From NCBI RefSeq assembly GCF_963976075.1, contig NZ_CAXBJH010000001.1: a stretch of 64,000 bases of DNA. One strand, 5' to 3'. This document shows, piece after piece, positions 8,728-19,287 of this stretch. The notes below the pieces were generated by a model. It did no database searches. It was not told the DNA's origin and saw nothing but the letters and a program-made list of their open reading frames with translations. The stretch's first letter is position 1, and each line of letters opens with the position of its first letter. This DNA comes from an uncultured Hyphomonas sp. (GTDB lineage Bacteria > Pseudomonadota > Alphaproteobacteria > Caulobacterales > Hyphomonadaceae). The position numbers were made by a program, and so were the translations under genes.

Positions 8728-10075
8728 AGCGTGCGCAACAATACGTCATTACACGACCATCCCGGTTTAAAACCGGCCCAAAACCTGCGACAATAAACCA
8801 GGGTCCCGCCGCATTGTGCCTACGTGAGACCACGATCACGTCACCGCTCACCAGTCGTTCCGGCACCCACTCGCTCGCATGGGTTATTCCATTCGTTCTC
8901 TCAACGGTGTAGTCTGGTCGAAGCGTGTTAGTCCGCCCGTCGGCATAAGCAAGTAACTCGGCGCTCGAAGGGCTGGTGCGGCCGCAGATTCCAAATCCGC
9001 TCCAATTCTCGTCCAAGAGAATTTCATGCTGCCAGAAGGTGACTTTTCCAGACTGGGGATCTACCTGCGCGGGCTGGAATGGCACAACCGGAAAATAGTC
9101 GTGATAAGGATTGTGATAACCTGAGTGATCGAGCATGAAAGCCCCCCCACCGGACGCTTTCCTTATTCCAGTCTCGCGCTCAATTTTCCCATGAAAGCCC
9201 CACCTGACGCCGTTGAATTTCAACCCTCTGAGTATGTCCCGAATGCCATCCTGCATCTCGTCACTTAGATATTCATACGGCACCCAGGGCGCGCCATTCT
9301 GCGGCAAGAGCGGTAGAATCTCGGATTTCGTATCCTCCGGCAGATAAATGACCGTCGCAGCATTGCACTTGCCCGTGTCCACGCGTCTTCCATGATTTAT
9401 GGCATGTAGCCGTTTGTGCAATTTCACGGACGAGGAAATGGTTCCGGGGATCTGGTGGCCCCACGGCCCCGGCAGGGCGCCGACCTGTTCGAACTCGGCA
9501 GCGGCTTTCTCCCGCCAGGCCCGCCATTCCTCGAGGCTGGATCTGGCGATGCCGCTGTCCAGAACCTCGATCTTTGCATACGGGCTGTCATAGGCCTTGT
9601 CGGACAGGTAGCCGATGGCAAAGCCGATATCGTCCGCATTCGGATACCACATTAGCAGGGGCAGGAAGTCATCCGGCACCCGTTCCGTCACGATTTCCGG
9701 CTTGCCTTTCGGCGTGATGCGTTTCGGCTCCCACATGGAGGCATCGCACACTTCCGGCGTGCGGGCCCCGATCAGTTCCCCCGATTGCGTCGGCACAAGC
9801 ATGATCTGGGGCGCCATGCCGAATGTCACCGAAGGCGTCGTATAGGTCCAGTTTGTCACCTTGCCGCCGCAGGACACGACATAATCGAGCTTCACCAGCT
9901 CGCCCGTCTCTTTCACGCGAATGTCGGCATGCACCCGGAAAAACCCCTTCGGCAAATCCTTTACGCTCACGACAAATGGAGACCCGGCCCTGTCACAGGC
10001 CACGATGAGCAGGCTGGCAACCAGTCCCAAGGCACACTTGCGCACCGCCCCGCGCCACATCCGGCTGATCGTCAT
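8726..10075 (-). CDS. hypothetical lipoprotein (449 aa), apparently horizontally acquired
   Basis: Lipobox LLIVA-C; visibly more AT-rich codons than the neighbours; flanked by the recQ-end duplication. Confidence 0.8.
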   Translation of the reverse strand: MTISRMWRGAVRKCALGLVASLLIVACDRAGSPFVVSVKDLPKGFFRVHADIRVKETGELVKLDYVVSCGGKVTNWTYTTPSVTFGMAPQIMLVPTQSGELIGARTPEVCDASMWEPKRITPKGKPEIVTERVPDDFLPLLMWYPNADDIGFAIGYLSDKAYDSPYAKIEVLDSGIARSSLEEWRAWREKAAAEFEQVGALPGPWGHQIPGTISSSVKLHKRLHAINHGRRVDTGKCNAATVIYLPEDTKSEILPLLPQNGAPWVPYEYLSDEMQDGIRDILRGLKFNGVRWGFHGKIERETGIRKASGGGAFMLDHSGYHNPYHDYFPVVPFQPAQVDPQSGKVTFWQHEILLDENWSGFGICGRTSPSSAELLAYADGRTNTLRPDYTVERTNGITHASEWVPERLVSGDVIVVSRRHNAAGPWFIVAGFGPVLNRDGRVMTYCCAR

Positions 10076-10174
10076 AATGCCCTCCTGTCACACCTCCGGC
10101 GACCTCCTTTTAGGGAATGCGACGTTAACTTCAGGTTGCAGAAAGGATTGAAATTGCGGGAGCGTTGAGCGCCG

Positions 10175-12010
10175 CTACACCGCCTCGCCGACGATGCGGG
10201 AGACATCCTCGGCGTAGCGCTGGGCCTTTTTTTCGCCGACGCCGCTGATCAGGCGCAGCTCGTCGGCGTCGACGGGGCGCTCGCGGGCGATCTCGGCGAG
10301 GGTGCGGTCATGGAAGATGACATAGGGCGGCACGCCGCGCGTCTTGGCGGTTTCGGTGCGCCAGCTGCGCAGCATGTCGAACAGGATCTGGTCGCGCTCC
10401 GACATGTCGGCCAGGGCCTGCGCCGCCACGCGGCTCTTGCCTTTGGCGCGCTTGCGGGTGGCGGCGGGGTCAGCGCGCAGCATCAGGGTGCGGTCACCCC
10501 GGAACAGGGCGCGGGCGGCCTCGGCATCCGGCACCACGACCGCAGGCCGGTTCATCTCGCCGCCTTCGGCCAGCATGCCATCATAGAGCAAGGCATCGAA
10601 CACGCGGCCCCAGCCCTGTTTCGGCATGTCCTTGCCGATGCCATAGGTCGACTGGGTGGAGAGTTCCTCGTCGAAACTGTCCTTGGCCTGTCCGAGCAAG
10701 TGATTGATCAGGCGGCCGCGCCCGATCTTCTGGCCGCAGCGCAGCACGGCGGAGACCGCCATCTGCGCCCAGCGGGTGGCATCATAGGGCTCGCCGGTCT
10801 CGCCCCGGCAGGAATCACACGCACCGCAGGCCTCGACCCCCTCTTCCCCGAAATAGCGGCGCACGGCGGCGCGGCGGCATTCATCGCCATCGAAGAAGGC
10901 AAACAGCTGGCGGGTCTTGGTGATCTGCACGCGCTTGACCGCTTCGGGCGCGTCGCCCTCATAGGTCCAGCTGAGCGAGCGGCGCATGTCGGCGGGCCCA
11001 TAGAGCGCGACGCCTTCGGCAGGCTCGCTATCGCGGCCTGCGCGGCCGACTTCCTGCCAATAGGCTTCCATCGTCTTCGGCGGATCAGCATGGATGACGA
11101 AACGAACGTCCGGCTTGTCGACGCCCATGCCGAAGGCGACCGTCGCGCACATGACGAGGCCATCTTCCAGCAGGAAACGCCGCTGGCGCTCGGCCCGCAC
11201 ATCGGCATCGAGCCCCGCATGATAGGCCAGCGCGGTGATGCCCGCGCGCTCGATGGCCTCGGCGAGATCTTCAGTGGCGTTGCGGGTGGCGGCATAGACA
11301 ATGCCGGACAGGCCCGGACGCGCCTTGACGAGGGAGACGACCCGCTGGGCGCGGTTGCCCTCCTTGGGCTCTGCGGCGAGGGCAAGATTGGGCCGGTCGA
11401 AGCTCGCCACATGGACGGCCGGTTGGGTGAGGTCGAGCTGGGCGAGAATGTCATCGCGCGTGCGGGTGTCGGCGGTGGCGGTCACCGCGAGGCGCGGCAC
11501 GCCGGGGAACAGATCCTTCAGCCGCCCGAGGGCGCGATAGTCCGGGCGGAAATCATGGCCCCATTGGCTGACGCAGTGGGCCTCGTCCACGGCGATCAGC
11601 GAGACCTTCATCTGGGCGAGGCGCTGGGCCAGCCCCGTGCCCATGCCTTCGGGCGAGACATAGAGCAGATCCATCTCGCCGCGGGCGGCCGCCTCCAGCG
11701 CTTCGGCGCGGGCATTGAAGTCCATAGAGGAATCGAGCCGCTCGGCGCGCACGCCGACCTGTTTCAGCGCATCAACCTGATCGGCCATCAGCGCGATCAG
11801 CGGCGAGACGACAATGCCGATACCGTCGCGCAACAGCGCCGGGATCTGGTAGCAGAGCGACTTGCCGCCGCCGGTCGGCAGCACGGCGAGGCCATCCTTG
11901 CCCGCCAGCGTGTCGGCGATGACATCCTCCTGCAGCCCCCGGAAGGCGTCATAGCCATAGACGCGCTTCAGCAGCGCGCGGGCATCATCGAGAGTTGGCT
12001 GGGCAGACAT
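10175..12010 (-). CDS. recQ: ATP-dependent DNA helicase RecQ
   Basis: [47 protein letters not shown]; RQC and HRDC domains. Confidence 0.97.
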   Translation of the reverse strand: MSAQPTLDDARALLKRVYGYDAFRGLQEDVIADTLAGKDGLAVLPTGGGKSLCYQIPALLRDGIGIVVSPLIALMADQVDALKQVGVRAERLDSSMDFNARAEALEAAARGEMDLLYVSPEGMGTGLAQRLAQMKVSLIAVDEAHCVSQWGHDFRPDYRALGRLKDLFPGVPRLAVTATADTRTRDDILAQLDLTQPAVHVASFDRPNLALAAEPKEGNRAQRVVSLVKARPGLSGIVYAATRNATEDLAEAIERAGITALAYHAGLDADVRAERQRRFLLEDGLVMCATVAFGMGVDKPDVRFVIHADPPKTMEAYWQEVGRAGRDSEPAEGVALYGPADMRRSLSWTYEGDAPEAVKRVQITKTRQLFAFFDGDECRRAAVRRYFGEEGVEACGACDSCRGETGEPYDATRWAQMAVSAVLRCGQKIGRGRLINHLLGQAKDSFDEELSTQSTYGIGKDMPKQGWGRVFDALLYDGMLAEGGEMNRPAVVVPDAEAARALFRGDRTLMLRADPAATRKRAKGKSRVAAQALADMSERDQILFDMLRSWRTETAKTRGVPPYVIFHDRTLAEIARERPVDADELRLISGVGEKKAQRYAEDVSRIVGEAV

Positions 12011-12059
12011 GTGTTTCTTGTGGCGACGCGAGTGAGTCGGGGCAAGAGCGCAGATGTCT

Positions 12060-12950
12060 TCACGCAGCTATATTCAGCGCCTCGACCAGAAATGTATGGC
12101 GGCGGGCGACAGCGCGGGCGTCGCGGGCATAGCCGCCGCCGAGGACGCCGCAGAGCGGGATGCCGGCTGAGCGGCAGGACCGTGCCACGAATGCGTCCCG
12201 GGCGCGCAGGCCTTCATCGCTGAGGGATAGCAGGCCCAGCCGGTCTTCTGCATGCGGATCGACCCCGGCATTGTAGAAAACGATATCCGGCGATGTGCCG
12301 AGCGCCGCCTCGACCAGGTCTCCCAGCGCCGCGAGATACTCCGCATCGCCCGTGCCCTTGGCGAGCCCCATGTCGAGATCAGACGGCGGCTTCTCGCGCG
12401 GCCAGTTCTGCTCGCAATGTAGCGAAGCGGTGAAGACGCGCGGGTCATAGCGGAAGATCAGCGCGGTGCCGTCGCCGTGATGCACATCGCAATCGATGAC
12501 CGCCACCCGGCGCACTTCCTTCGTTTCCAGCAAGAGCTTTCCGGCAACGCCGACATCATTGAACACGCAGAACCCTGCGCCGCCCTCTGGCCCGGCATGA
12601 TGACTGCCGCCGGCCAGGTTCACCGCCGCCCCCTGCTCCAGCGCAAGCCGCGCGGCAAGGCAGGTACCGCCGACCGAGGCAGCCGAGCGCCGGGCAATGG
12701 CGGGCGTGATCTCGAACCCGACCTTACGCGCCGCTTTCGCCTCCAGCGTCTGCGTCATGATGGCGGTGACATAGGCTTCGTCATGCGCGAGCTGCAGCCA
12801 GTCCTCGCTCGCCGCTTCAGGCTGGATGAAGGCGTGCCCCGCCTCCCGCAACAGATCAGCCACAAGCGCATATTTGCGCATCGGGAAGCGATGGTCATCG
12901 GCGACGGATTTCGCGTCATAATCGGCGTGGTGGACAATCGGCAAGGTCAT
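12060..12950 (-). CDS. histone deacetylase-family protein
   Basis: [32 protein letters not shown]...D.LG, GGGY. Confidence 0.93.
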   Translation of the reverse strand: MTLPIVHHADYDAKSVADDHRFPMRKYALVADLLREAGHAFIQPEAASEDWLQLAHDEAYVTAIMTQTLEAKAARKVGFEITPAIARRSAASVGGTCLAARLALEQGAAVNLAGGSHHAGPEGGAGFCVFNDVGVAGKLLLETKEVRRVAVIDCDVHHGDGTALIFRYDPRVFTASLHCEQNWPREKPPSDLDMGLAKGTGDAEYLAALGDLVEAALGTSPDIVFYNAGVDPHAEDRLGLLSLSDEGLRARDAFVARSCRSAGIPLCGVLGGGYARDARAVARRHTFLVEALNIAA

Positions 12951-13089
12951 CAGGGCCGGAACCTAGCGGGATTTCCGCCCGTTTCCACTTATGCGCAGCA
13001 TGCATAGGTGTGATGGCTCGCCGTCGCCTACAGGCCCGGCGGGAAAGCGTCATATTCGCTGCAACACACGAGCGCGAAAGGATATCGCC

Positions 13090-13785
13090 ATGATTGAACA
13101 CAGACCCTTCAAAGAGCTTGGCCGGTTCCACAATGACTGGCTGAACGCCAATTACCATTTTTCCTTTTCCGGATATCACGACCCGAAACGCATGGGTGAA
13201 GGCGCCCTGCGCGTCTGGAATGACGACACAATCCAGCCGCATACCGGCTTCCCCCCGCACGGACATCAGTCGATGGAAATCATCACCTATGTCCGCACCG
13301 GCGCGATCACGCACAAGGATTCCCTGGGCAATACCGGCCGCACCGAGGCGGGCGACGTCCAGGTGATGAGCGCCGGGGATGGCGTGCAGCATTCGGAATG
13401 GAATGCCGAGGATGAAGAGACCACGCTGTTCCAGATCTGGATCCTGCCACGTGCTGCTGGCGGCAAGCCCGGCTGGGGCGCCCGGAAGTTCCCGAAAGGC
13501 GAACGGTCCGGCAAATGGACGGTTCTGGCCTCTGGCAGCGGCGAGGAAGACAGCCTCGTCATCAATCAGGACGCCAATGTGCTGGGCGCGACTCTGAAGG
13601 AAGGCGAGACCCTGACCTATGAGGTCAAGCAGGGCCGCCACGGCTATCTCGTGCTTGCCGCCGGCTCCGTAGAGCTGAACGGCACGGTGTTGAACGGCCG
13701 CGACGGCGCCGCGATCACCGGCGCTGAGAGCCTGACGCTGAAAGGCATCGCCGACGCAGAGATCGTCTTCGTCGACACGGTTTGA
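13090..13785 (+). CDS. pirin-family protein
   Basis: HFSFSGY, LRVWNDD, GF..HGH..MEIITY, HKDS.GN, MSAG.GV.HSE; start at ATG 13090. Confidence 0.93.
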   Translation: MIEHRPFKELGRFHNDWLNANYHFSFSGYHDPKRMGEGALRVWNDDTIQPHTGFPPHGHQSMEIITYVRTGAITHKDSLGNTGRTEAGDVQVMSAGDGVQHSEWNAEDEETTLFQIWILPRAAGGKPGWGARKFPKGERSGKWTVLASGSGEEDSLVINQDANVLGATLKEGETLTYEVKQGRHGYLVLAAGSVELNGTVLNGRDGAAITGAESLTLKGIADAEIVFVDTV

Positions 13786-13815
13786 TCTTTGCCTCTTGCC
13801 ACGATACGTCGGAGA

Positions 13816-13847
13816 CCGGGCCGCAACACTCTGCGGCCCGGCTTTTT
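13816..13847 (+). terminator. intrinsic terminator after the pirin gene
   Basis: CCGGGCCGCA/TGCGGCCCGG 10-bp stem followed by C and TTTTT. Confidence 0.75.
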
Positions 13848-13866
13848 GCATTGGGGAACGACGACC

Positions 13867-14178
13867 ATGAAAGTCATCCGCGGCAAGGCATTTACCGCGC
13901 CCAAAGCCTGGGGTGCGGTCGATGTGGCGAATATGGGCGGGATCACGACGCGCCTGCACTGGACCGACCAGCCCTATATCTGGCACGTCAATGAGGGTGA
14001 GGAAGTGTTCGCCGTGCTCGATGGCGTGGTTGACATGCATTACCGCAAAAACGGCACCGAGAAGATCGTGACGCTGGAAACAGGAGACATCTTCTTCGCC
14101 GGGATCGGATGTGAACATGTCGCCCATCCCCGGGGTGAAGCCCGCATCCTGGTGGTCGAGCACGAAGGCAGTGTCTGA
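13867..14178 (+). CDS. small cupin-domain protein
   Basis: WH.N.GEEVF.VLDG.V.M...L..GD......EH.AHP cupin motifs. Confidence 0.85.
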   Translation: MKVIRGKAFTAPKAWGAVDVANMGGITTRLHWTDQPYIWHVNEGEEVFAVLDGVVDMHYRKNGTEKIVTLETGDIFFAGIGCEHVAHPRGEARILVVEHEGSV

Positions 14179-14268
14179 ACCTCGGGTAGGCGCGCTCACA
14201 GGCCTGTGACTTCTGCGGGCACGGGCGGCGTGTTATACCGGGGTCATAGCAGTTGTGGAGATATTCCA

Positions 14269-14760
14269 ATGAAACGACTTGTTCCCCTCGCCGCCCTTGC
14301 CCTTCTGGCCGCACCGGCCGCATTGGCAGGCCAGATCAATGTCACCTTCAGCCCGGAATTCACCGAAGAGCTGAATGATGAATATGGCATGCGCGAAGCC
14401 GATTACCTGATCGAGGAAGTGCAGGAAGACCTGACACGCGAACTCGAAAAGGCCGGGCTCGACATTGCCCGCATCGACGTGACCATCCTGGATGCCAAGC
14501 CCAACAAGCCGACCTTCAAGCAGCTGGGCGATACGCCCGGCCTTGATTATGGCGGCTCGAAAAGCATTGGCGGCATGAAATTGTCGGCGACGGCTTTCGA
14601 TGCCAGCGGCAACGCCACGGGCGAGCTGACCTATGACTGGTATGAAAATGATATCCGTTATGCCGGCATCTCGACCTGGCAGGATGCCAAGCGCGCGTCT
14701 GACCGGTTTGCCCGCAAATTCGTGAAAGAGCTGACAGCCGGGACGCCGTCCGGCAGCTAG
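14269..14760 (+). CDS. exported hypothetical protein
   Basis: Signal peptide MKRLVPLAALALLAAPAALA; GGAG RBS upstream of 14269. Confidence 0.75.
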   Translation: MKRLVPLAALALLAAPAALAGQINVTFSPEFTEELNDEYGMREADYLIEEVQEDLTRELEKAGLDIARIDVTILDAKPNKPTFKQLGDTPGLDYGGSKSIGGMKLSATAFDASGNATGELTYDWYENDIRYAGISTWQDAKRASDRFARKFVKELTAGTPSGS

Positions 14761-15176
14761 AGAACCAGCTCGCACCGTTCGTTGAGGCTTGGCCGGGAAA
14801 TGGCGACTTTCGTCAGGCCCGGCAGGCCTTCTTTCAGGTCGGCTGCTGCCCAGAGGCAGATCCGCTCCAGCGTCGGCACTTCAAGCCCATCAATATCGTT
14901 CAACAGCTTGTGGTCGAGCTTGGCGGCCGTGGCCTGCAGGCAAGCCGTCAGGTGCGAGAAATCCTCGACCCATTGCTCGCCTGGCTTCACCGTGCCGGCG
15001 ACGGTCGCTTCCAGCACGAAGGAATGGCCATGCACATTCCGGTATGGGTGGCCTTCGGGCTTGCCGCCCATATAGTGCGCAGCCTCGAAATTCACCGATT
15101 TCGAGATCGCAAACACGCGGCCTTCCGGGCTGGTCGCCGCGGGGGATGTGCTGGTGTGGTCGGTCTGTGTCGTCAT
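14757..15176 (-). CDS. queD: 6-carboxytetrahydropterin synthase family (COG0720)
   Basis: FEAAH...HGHSF...DH.LLND...PTLE; adjacent to queC. Confidence 0.8.
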   Translation of the reverse strand: MTTQTDHTSTSPAATSPEGRVFAISKSVNFEAAHYMGGKPEGHPYRNVHGHSFVLEATVAGTVKPGEQWVEDFSHLTACLQATAAKLDHKLLNDIDGLEVPTLERICLWAAADLKEGLPGLTKVAISRPSLNERCELVL

Positions 15177-15307
15177 CGGATTTCGTTCAAGTCTCTTGCT
15201 GGCCGGCCCCAGTCATTGCCCGAGGCGCGGATTGGGGCCCCAATTGCTGGAAAAAGCCTGACAAGTCCAGTTGATATGGCTGTTTCTTCTGCAAGAGAAA
15301 TAGGGTC

Positions 15308-16015
15308 TCAGGCCCCGGTTTTCCAGCGTTCCCAGCCCTTTGCCCGCAGCTCGCAGGCCGGGCATTCCCCACAGCCATAGCCCCATTCATGCCGCTGGCC
15401 CCGCTCGCCGAGGTAACACGTATGGGTATCTTCCGCGATCAGATCGACCAGCGCCTGGCCGCCCAACTCGTCTGCCAGCGCCCACGTCCCTGCCTTGTCG
15501 ATATACATCAGCGGCGCGTCGATCTGCATGGGAACATCCAGGCCCAGCCGCAAGGTCTCGGCCTGCGCCGCCATCGTCGCGGCCCGGCAATCCGGATAAC
15601 CGGAATAGTCGGTCTCGCACATGCCGCCGACCAGAACCGGAATGCCCCGGCGGCTGGCCAGGGCGCCCGCCAGGGTCAGGAACAGGAGGTTGCGGCCCGG
15701 CACGAAGGTGGACGGCAGGCCCGCTTCGGTCATCTCGATGCTGACATCATGCGTCATGGCGGTTTCGCCGAGCGATTTCAGCACTGTCGCATCCAGCATA
15801 TGGTCCGGCCCAAGACGGGTCTTCCAGTCGGCATCCAGAGCCCCCAATCCCTGCCGAATCGTGTCGCGGCATTCCAGTTCGATCCGATGGCGCTGGCCAT
15901 AATCGAAGCCGACAGTTTCAACACGGTCGAATCGGGAAAGCGCCCAGGCCAGACAGGTCGTGGAATCCTGTCCCCCGGAGAATAGAACAAGTGCGGATGT
16001 GGAAGAATGTGACAT
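15308..16015 (-). CDS. queC: 7-cyano-7-deazaguanine synthase
   Basis: [10 protein letters not shown]-loop, YGQRH, VPGRN, YPDC, TCY...CG.C..C..R. Confidence 0.96.
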   Translation of the reverse strand: MSHSSTSALVLFSGGQDSTTCLAWALSRFDRVETVGFDYGQRHRIELECRDTIRQGLGALDADWKTRLGPDHMLDATVLKSLGETAMTHDVSIEMTEAGLPSTFVPGRNLLFLTLAGALASRRGIPVLVGGMCETDYSGYPDCRAATMAAQAETLRLGLDVPMQIDAPLMYIDKAGTWALADELGGQALVDLIAEDTHTCYLGERGQRHEWGYGCGECPACELRAKGWERWKTGA

Positions 16016-16228
16016 GCCTGCGCCTGTAACAGGCATGGGAGAGGCGGCCAAGCAGGGGCGTTACATTTTTGACACCCGGATTTTAAAAGCCCTCATTACC
16101 CCAGCGTCATGTTGACAGACCCGTCACGAATGCATTCAGATGACACTTGAAGCAGGCCCGCAAGAGGCCGGCTCGGCTAAAATTGCTCGAGGCACGCACT
16201 AAAGCGGCCCGAGGGGAGGAAACAAAAC

Positions 16229-19168
16229 ATGCGAAATATCAGACACTCGAAATCCGTCTGGCTGGCTGGGGCATCCGCCCTCGTGGTTGGACTTGCGGCC
16301 CCTGTCGCCATTGCCCAGGAAGAGGCCGATGAGTCACCCCGCACCCTTTCAACAGTCACGGTGACGACCCAGAAGACGGAAGAATCCATTCAGGATGTTC
16401 CGATCGCGGTTTCAGCGTTCGACGAAGACGCGCTAAACCGGCTCCAACTCGCCGGTGGCCCTGACCTCGTGAAGTCCATTCCGAACGTCAGCTTCACCAA
16501 GGGCAACTTCACGTCGTTCAACTTCAAGATCCGCGGCATTGGCGCCGACGTGGTTGCACAGTCCGGGGATGCCGGCGTGGGTATCCACCAGAACGACATT
16601 CCGCTCACTGCCAACCGCCTCTTCGAAGCCGAGTTCTATGATGTCGAGCGCGTCGAGGTCCTGCGCGGCCCGCAAGGTACGCTTTATGGACGCAACGCCA
16701 CCGGCGGCGTGTTCAACCTGATCACCGCCAAGCCCGTGCTGGGCGAATTCCAGGCAGATGCCGAGCTGACCTATGGCAATTACAACACGTTCAAAGGCAA
16801 GGGCATGGTCAACCTGCCCTTGGGTGAAAACGCCGCCCTGCGCGTAGCTGGCTCCTATCTTGGCCGTGACGGCTATGTGGACAACCTTACAACCGGCAAT
16901 GATGTCGACGACCGTGACCTCTATAGTGTGCGGGCAACCCTGGCATTCGAGCCTACAGACTGGGCTCGTGGTTGGATTTCGGTTGAGCATTTCGAAGAAG
17001 ACGATTCCCGTCTCCGCTCCGGCAAGCAGCTGTGTGACAAGGATGAAGGCTTCGACACCTTCATGGGCATTCCGGTCTCAGCTGTTGACCAGTTGGCGAC
17101 ATCGGTCGGCTGTGTGGACGCTCCGCTCGATCAGTCCCGTGACCGCGTGAATTCGCAGGCCACCCTCGCTGGCGGCCTCGGCATCTTTGCCGGTCTCCTC
17201 AATGGTGACGTGAACCTGGCCCCGGCCATATCGGACCTGCGCAAGATCGAGTCGGCCTTCGATCCAATGTACCAGGCCGACCAGACGCTCTATTCGTGGA
17301 AGGCTGAAGCCGATATCGGCGACAATCTGCTGCTGACCTATCTCGGCAGCTATAGTGAGAGCTCGGTCGTATCCCGTGAGGATTACAACAAGGCCTCTGC
17401 ATCGCTGACCTTCAACACAACGGCCGGCCCCTTCATCAACCCGGCTCTGGCACCACTCTACCCCCTCCTGTTCCCAGGCGGCGTAGTGAACGATCCGGAA
17501 CTTGGCGCAGCCAATTCCTTCCGGACCTTTGACCTGTCTGGTGGCAACAGTGAGCAGACCAGCCACGAACTTCGTCTCCAGTCTGACTATGATGGTCCAT
17601 TCAACTTCAATCTTGGAGCCATCAAGGTCGATTTCGAATCCATCGATCCCTACAATGCTGAAGACGGTTATTACGTCCTGTCGAACGCGCTGACGGCCCT
17701 GACGCAAATCAACAATGCGGCCGGTGGCGCCCTGTTCGGCGGTAACGTTCCGCTTGATAGCGGCTCAACAACCTCCGAAGGCGCGTCCCTGTTCGACCTT
17801 TCGCTGAATGGCGACGGTGGCAACTATTTCCGCTCGCTGTCTCCCTACCAGCTGGAATCCTTTGCTGTCTTCGGTGAAGGCTACTATGACGTCTCTGATG
17901 ATCTCCAACTCACGCTGGGCCTTCGCTATACGGATGACCAGAAGGAACAGGATATCGTCTCGACCTTCCTGTTCACACCGCAACCAGCAGGCGCAGACCC
18001 ACTTGCGTCTCAGGGCAAGCTGAAAGCGGACTTCCAGGAAATCACTGGCCGTGTCGGTTTCGACTACACAGCTGATCTCGGCTTCACGGACGATACGCTG
18101 ATCTACGGCTTCTACTCCAAAGGCTACAAGGGCGGCGGCATCAACCCGCCACAGCCAGCAGGCGCAGACCTGTTCCCGCAAACCTTCGATCCGGAATTCA
18201 TCAACTCGTATGAAATCGGTACGAAGAACACGTTTGCAGGCGGCACAGCCCAGCTGAACCTGACCGGCTTCATGTATGATTATGAAGGCTATCAGATCAC
18301 GCAGATCATCAACCGCTCGTCGGTGAACATCAACGTGGACGCTGAGCTTCAGGGCATCGAAATGGAAGCCCTCTGGACGCCAGCCGACAATTGGCTGCTG
18401 ACGGCCAATCTCGGCCTGCTGAATGCTGAGGTCGTGGATACCTACGGCATCGACGTACTCGACCGGTCCAATGGCCGGGCTGACCTCGTCACGCTGAAGA
18501 ATTCCAGCTCCTACTCCAACTGTGTCGTGTCCGCTCAGGGCTATGCCACGGTGCTGGGAGCCATTGCTGGCAACCCGGCCTTCACCGGCGCCACGCTGCA
18601 GCTGTGTAACAACCAGTTCGGCACGACGCTTTATGATGCGCTGAACAGCACGGATGGGGGATCCGGTGATCCAGCCGCCGACCGGGCCTTTGCGGAGGCC
18701 GCTCTTGGACTTACCGGGGTGACAATCACCTACACGGACTCCAATGGCGACACGCAAACGGCCACGGCCCTGCAGCCTATCGAAGGCGACGCCAAGAATC
18801 TGGATGGAAACTCCATGCCCGGTGCGCCGGACATGACGTTGAACCTGGCGGCGGAATACACTTTCCAAGCCATCAACAACTCCGATTGGGATCTCACGAT
18901 CCGCGGTGACTACTACATGCAGTCGGAAAGCGAGAGCCGGATCTGGAACACGCCGCGCGATGGACTGGACTCCTGGTCCAACGTGAACCTGTCCATCCTG
19001 CTCAACAATGACCAGAGCGGTTGGGGCGTAGAGGTCTTCGCCAAGAATTTGACCGATGAAGAAGTCATCACCGGCACGTACCTGACCGATGACTCTTCCG
19101 GCCTGTTCACCAATGCGTTCCTGACGGAGCCGGCCCTGTACGGCATCACCGTCAAGAAGTCCTGGTAA
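16229..19168 (+). CDS. TonB-dependent receptor (979 aa)
   Basis: Signal peptide, TVTVT TonB box, VEVLRGPQGTLYGRNATGG plug motif, aromatic C-terminus (KKSW). Confidence 0.95.
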   Translation: MRNIRHSKSVWLAGASALVVGLAAPVAIAQEEADESPRTLSTVTVTTQKTEESIQDVPIAVSAFDEDALNRLQLAGGPDLVKSIPNVSFTKGNFTSFNFKIRGIGADVVAQSGDAGVGIHQNDIPLTANRLFEAEFYDVERVEVLRGPQGTLYGRNATGGVFNLITAKPVLGEFQADAELTYGNYNTFKGKGMVNLPLGENAALRVAGSYLGRDGYVDNLTTGNDVDDRDLYSVRATLAFEPTDWARGWISVEHFEEDDSRLRSGKQLCDKDEGFDTFMGIPVSAVDQLATSVGCVDAPLDQSRDRVNSQATLAGGLGIFAGLLNGDVNLAPAISDLRKIESAFDPMYQADQTLYSWKAEADIGDNLLLTYLGSYSESSVVSREDYNKASASLTFNTTAGPFINPALAPLYPLLFPGGVVNDPELGAANSFRTFDLSGGNSEQTSHELRLQSDYDGPFNFNLGAIKVDFESIDPYNAEDGYYVLSNALTALTQINNAAGGALFGGNVPLDSGSTTSEGASLFDLSLNGDGGNYFRSLSPYQLESFAVFGEGYYDVSDDLQLTLGLRYTDDQKEQDIVSTFLFTPQPAGADPLASQGKLKADFQEITGRVGFDYTADLGFTDDTLIYGFYSKGYKGGGINPPQPAGADLFPQTFDPEFINSYEIGTKNTFAGGTAQLNLTGFMYDYEGYQITQIINRSSVNINVDAELQGIEMEALWTPADNWLLTANLGLLNAEVVDTYGIDVLDRSNGRADLVTLKNSSSYSNCVVSAQGYATVLGAIAGNPAFTGATLQLCNNQFGTTLYDALNSTDGGSGDPAADRAFAEAALGLTGVTITYTDSNGDTQTATALQPIEGDAKNLDGNSMPGAPDMTLNLAAEYTFQAINNSDWDLTIRGDYYMQSESESRIWNTPRDGLDSWSNVNLSILLNNDQSGWGVEVFAKNLTDEEVITGTYLTDDSSGLFTNAFLTEPALYGITVKKSW

Positions 19169-19190
19169 GCCCGGATTTCACCCATTCAGG

Positions 19191-19220
19191 AGGGCGGCCT
19201 TTCGAGGCCGCCCTTTTTGT
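19191..19220 (+). terminator. intrinsic terminator after the TonB receptor
   Basis: AGGGCGGCCT-TTCG-AGGCCGCCCT followed by a T run. Confidence 0.9.
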
Positions 19221-19287
19221 TTGGCCAATCCGGGGCCGCGCCTTATGATCCCGCCAGACTGCCCTGCCCCAAACCGGAGGACGCCTG

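Noticed and set aside
10310-12223. Long antisense ORFs (also 2673-3632, 24730-25887, 38888-40279, 43965-44810, 47065-48231, 50173-51396)
   Set aside because: Typical antisense shadows of high-GC3 genes, with no motifs of their own.
15177-15307. preQ1 riboswitch or hidden queE between queC and queD
   Set aside because: The gap is only about 130 bp, with no preQ1 consensus and no radical-SAM CxxxCxxC ORF.
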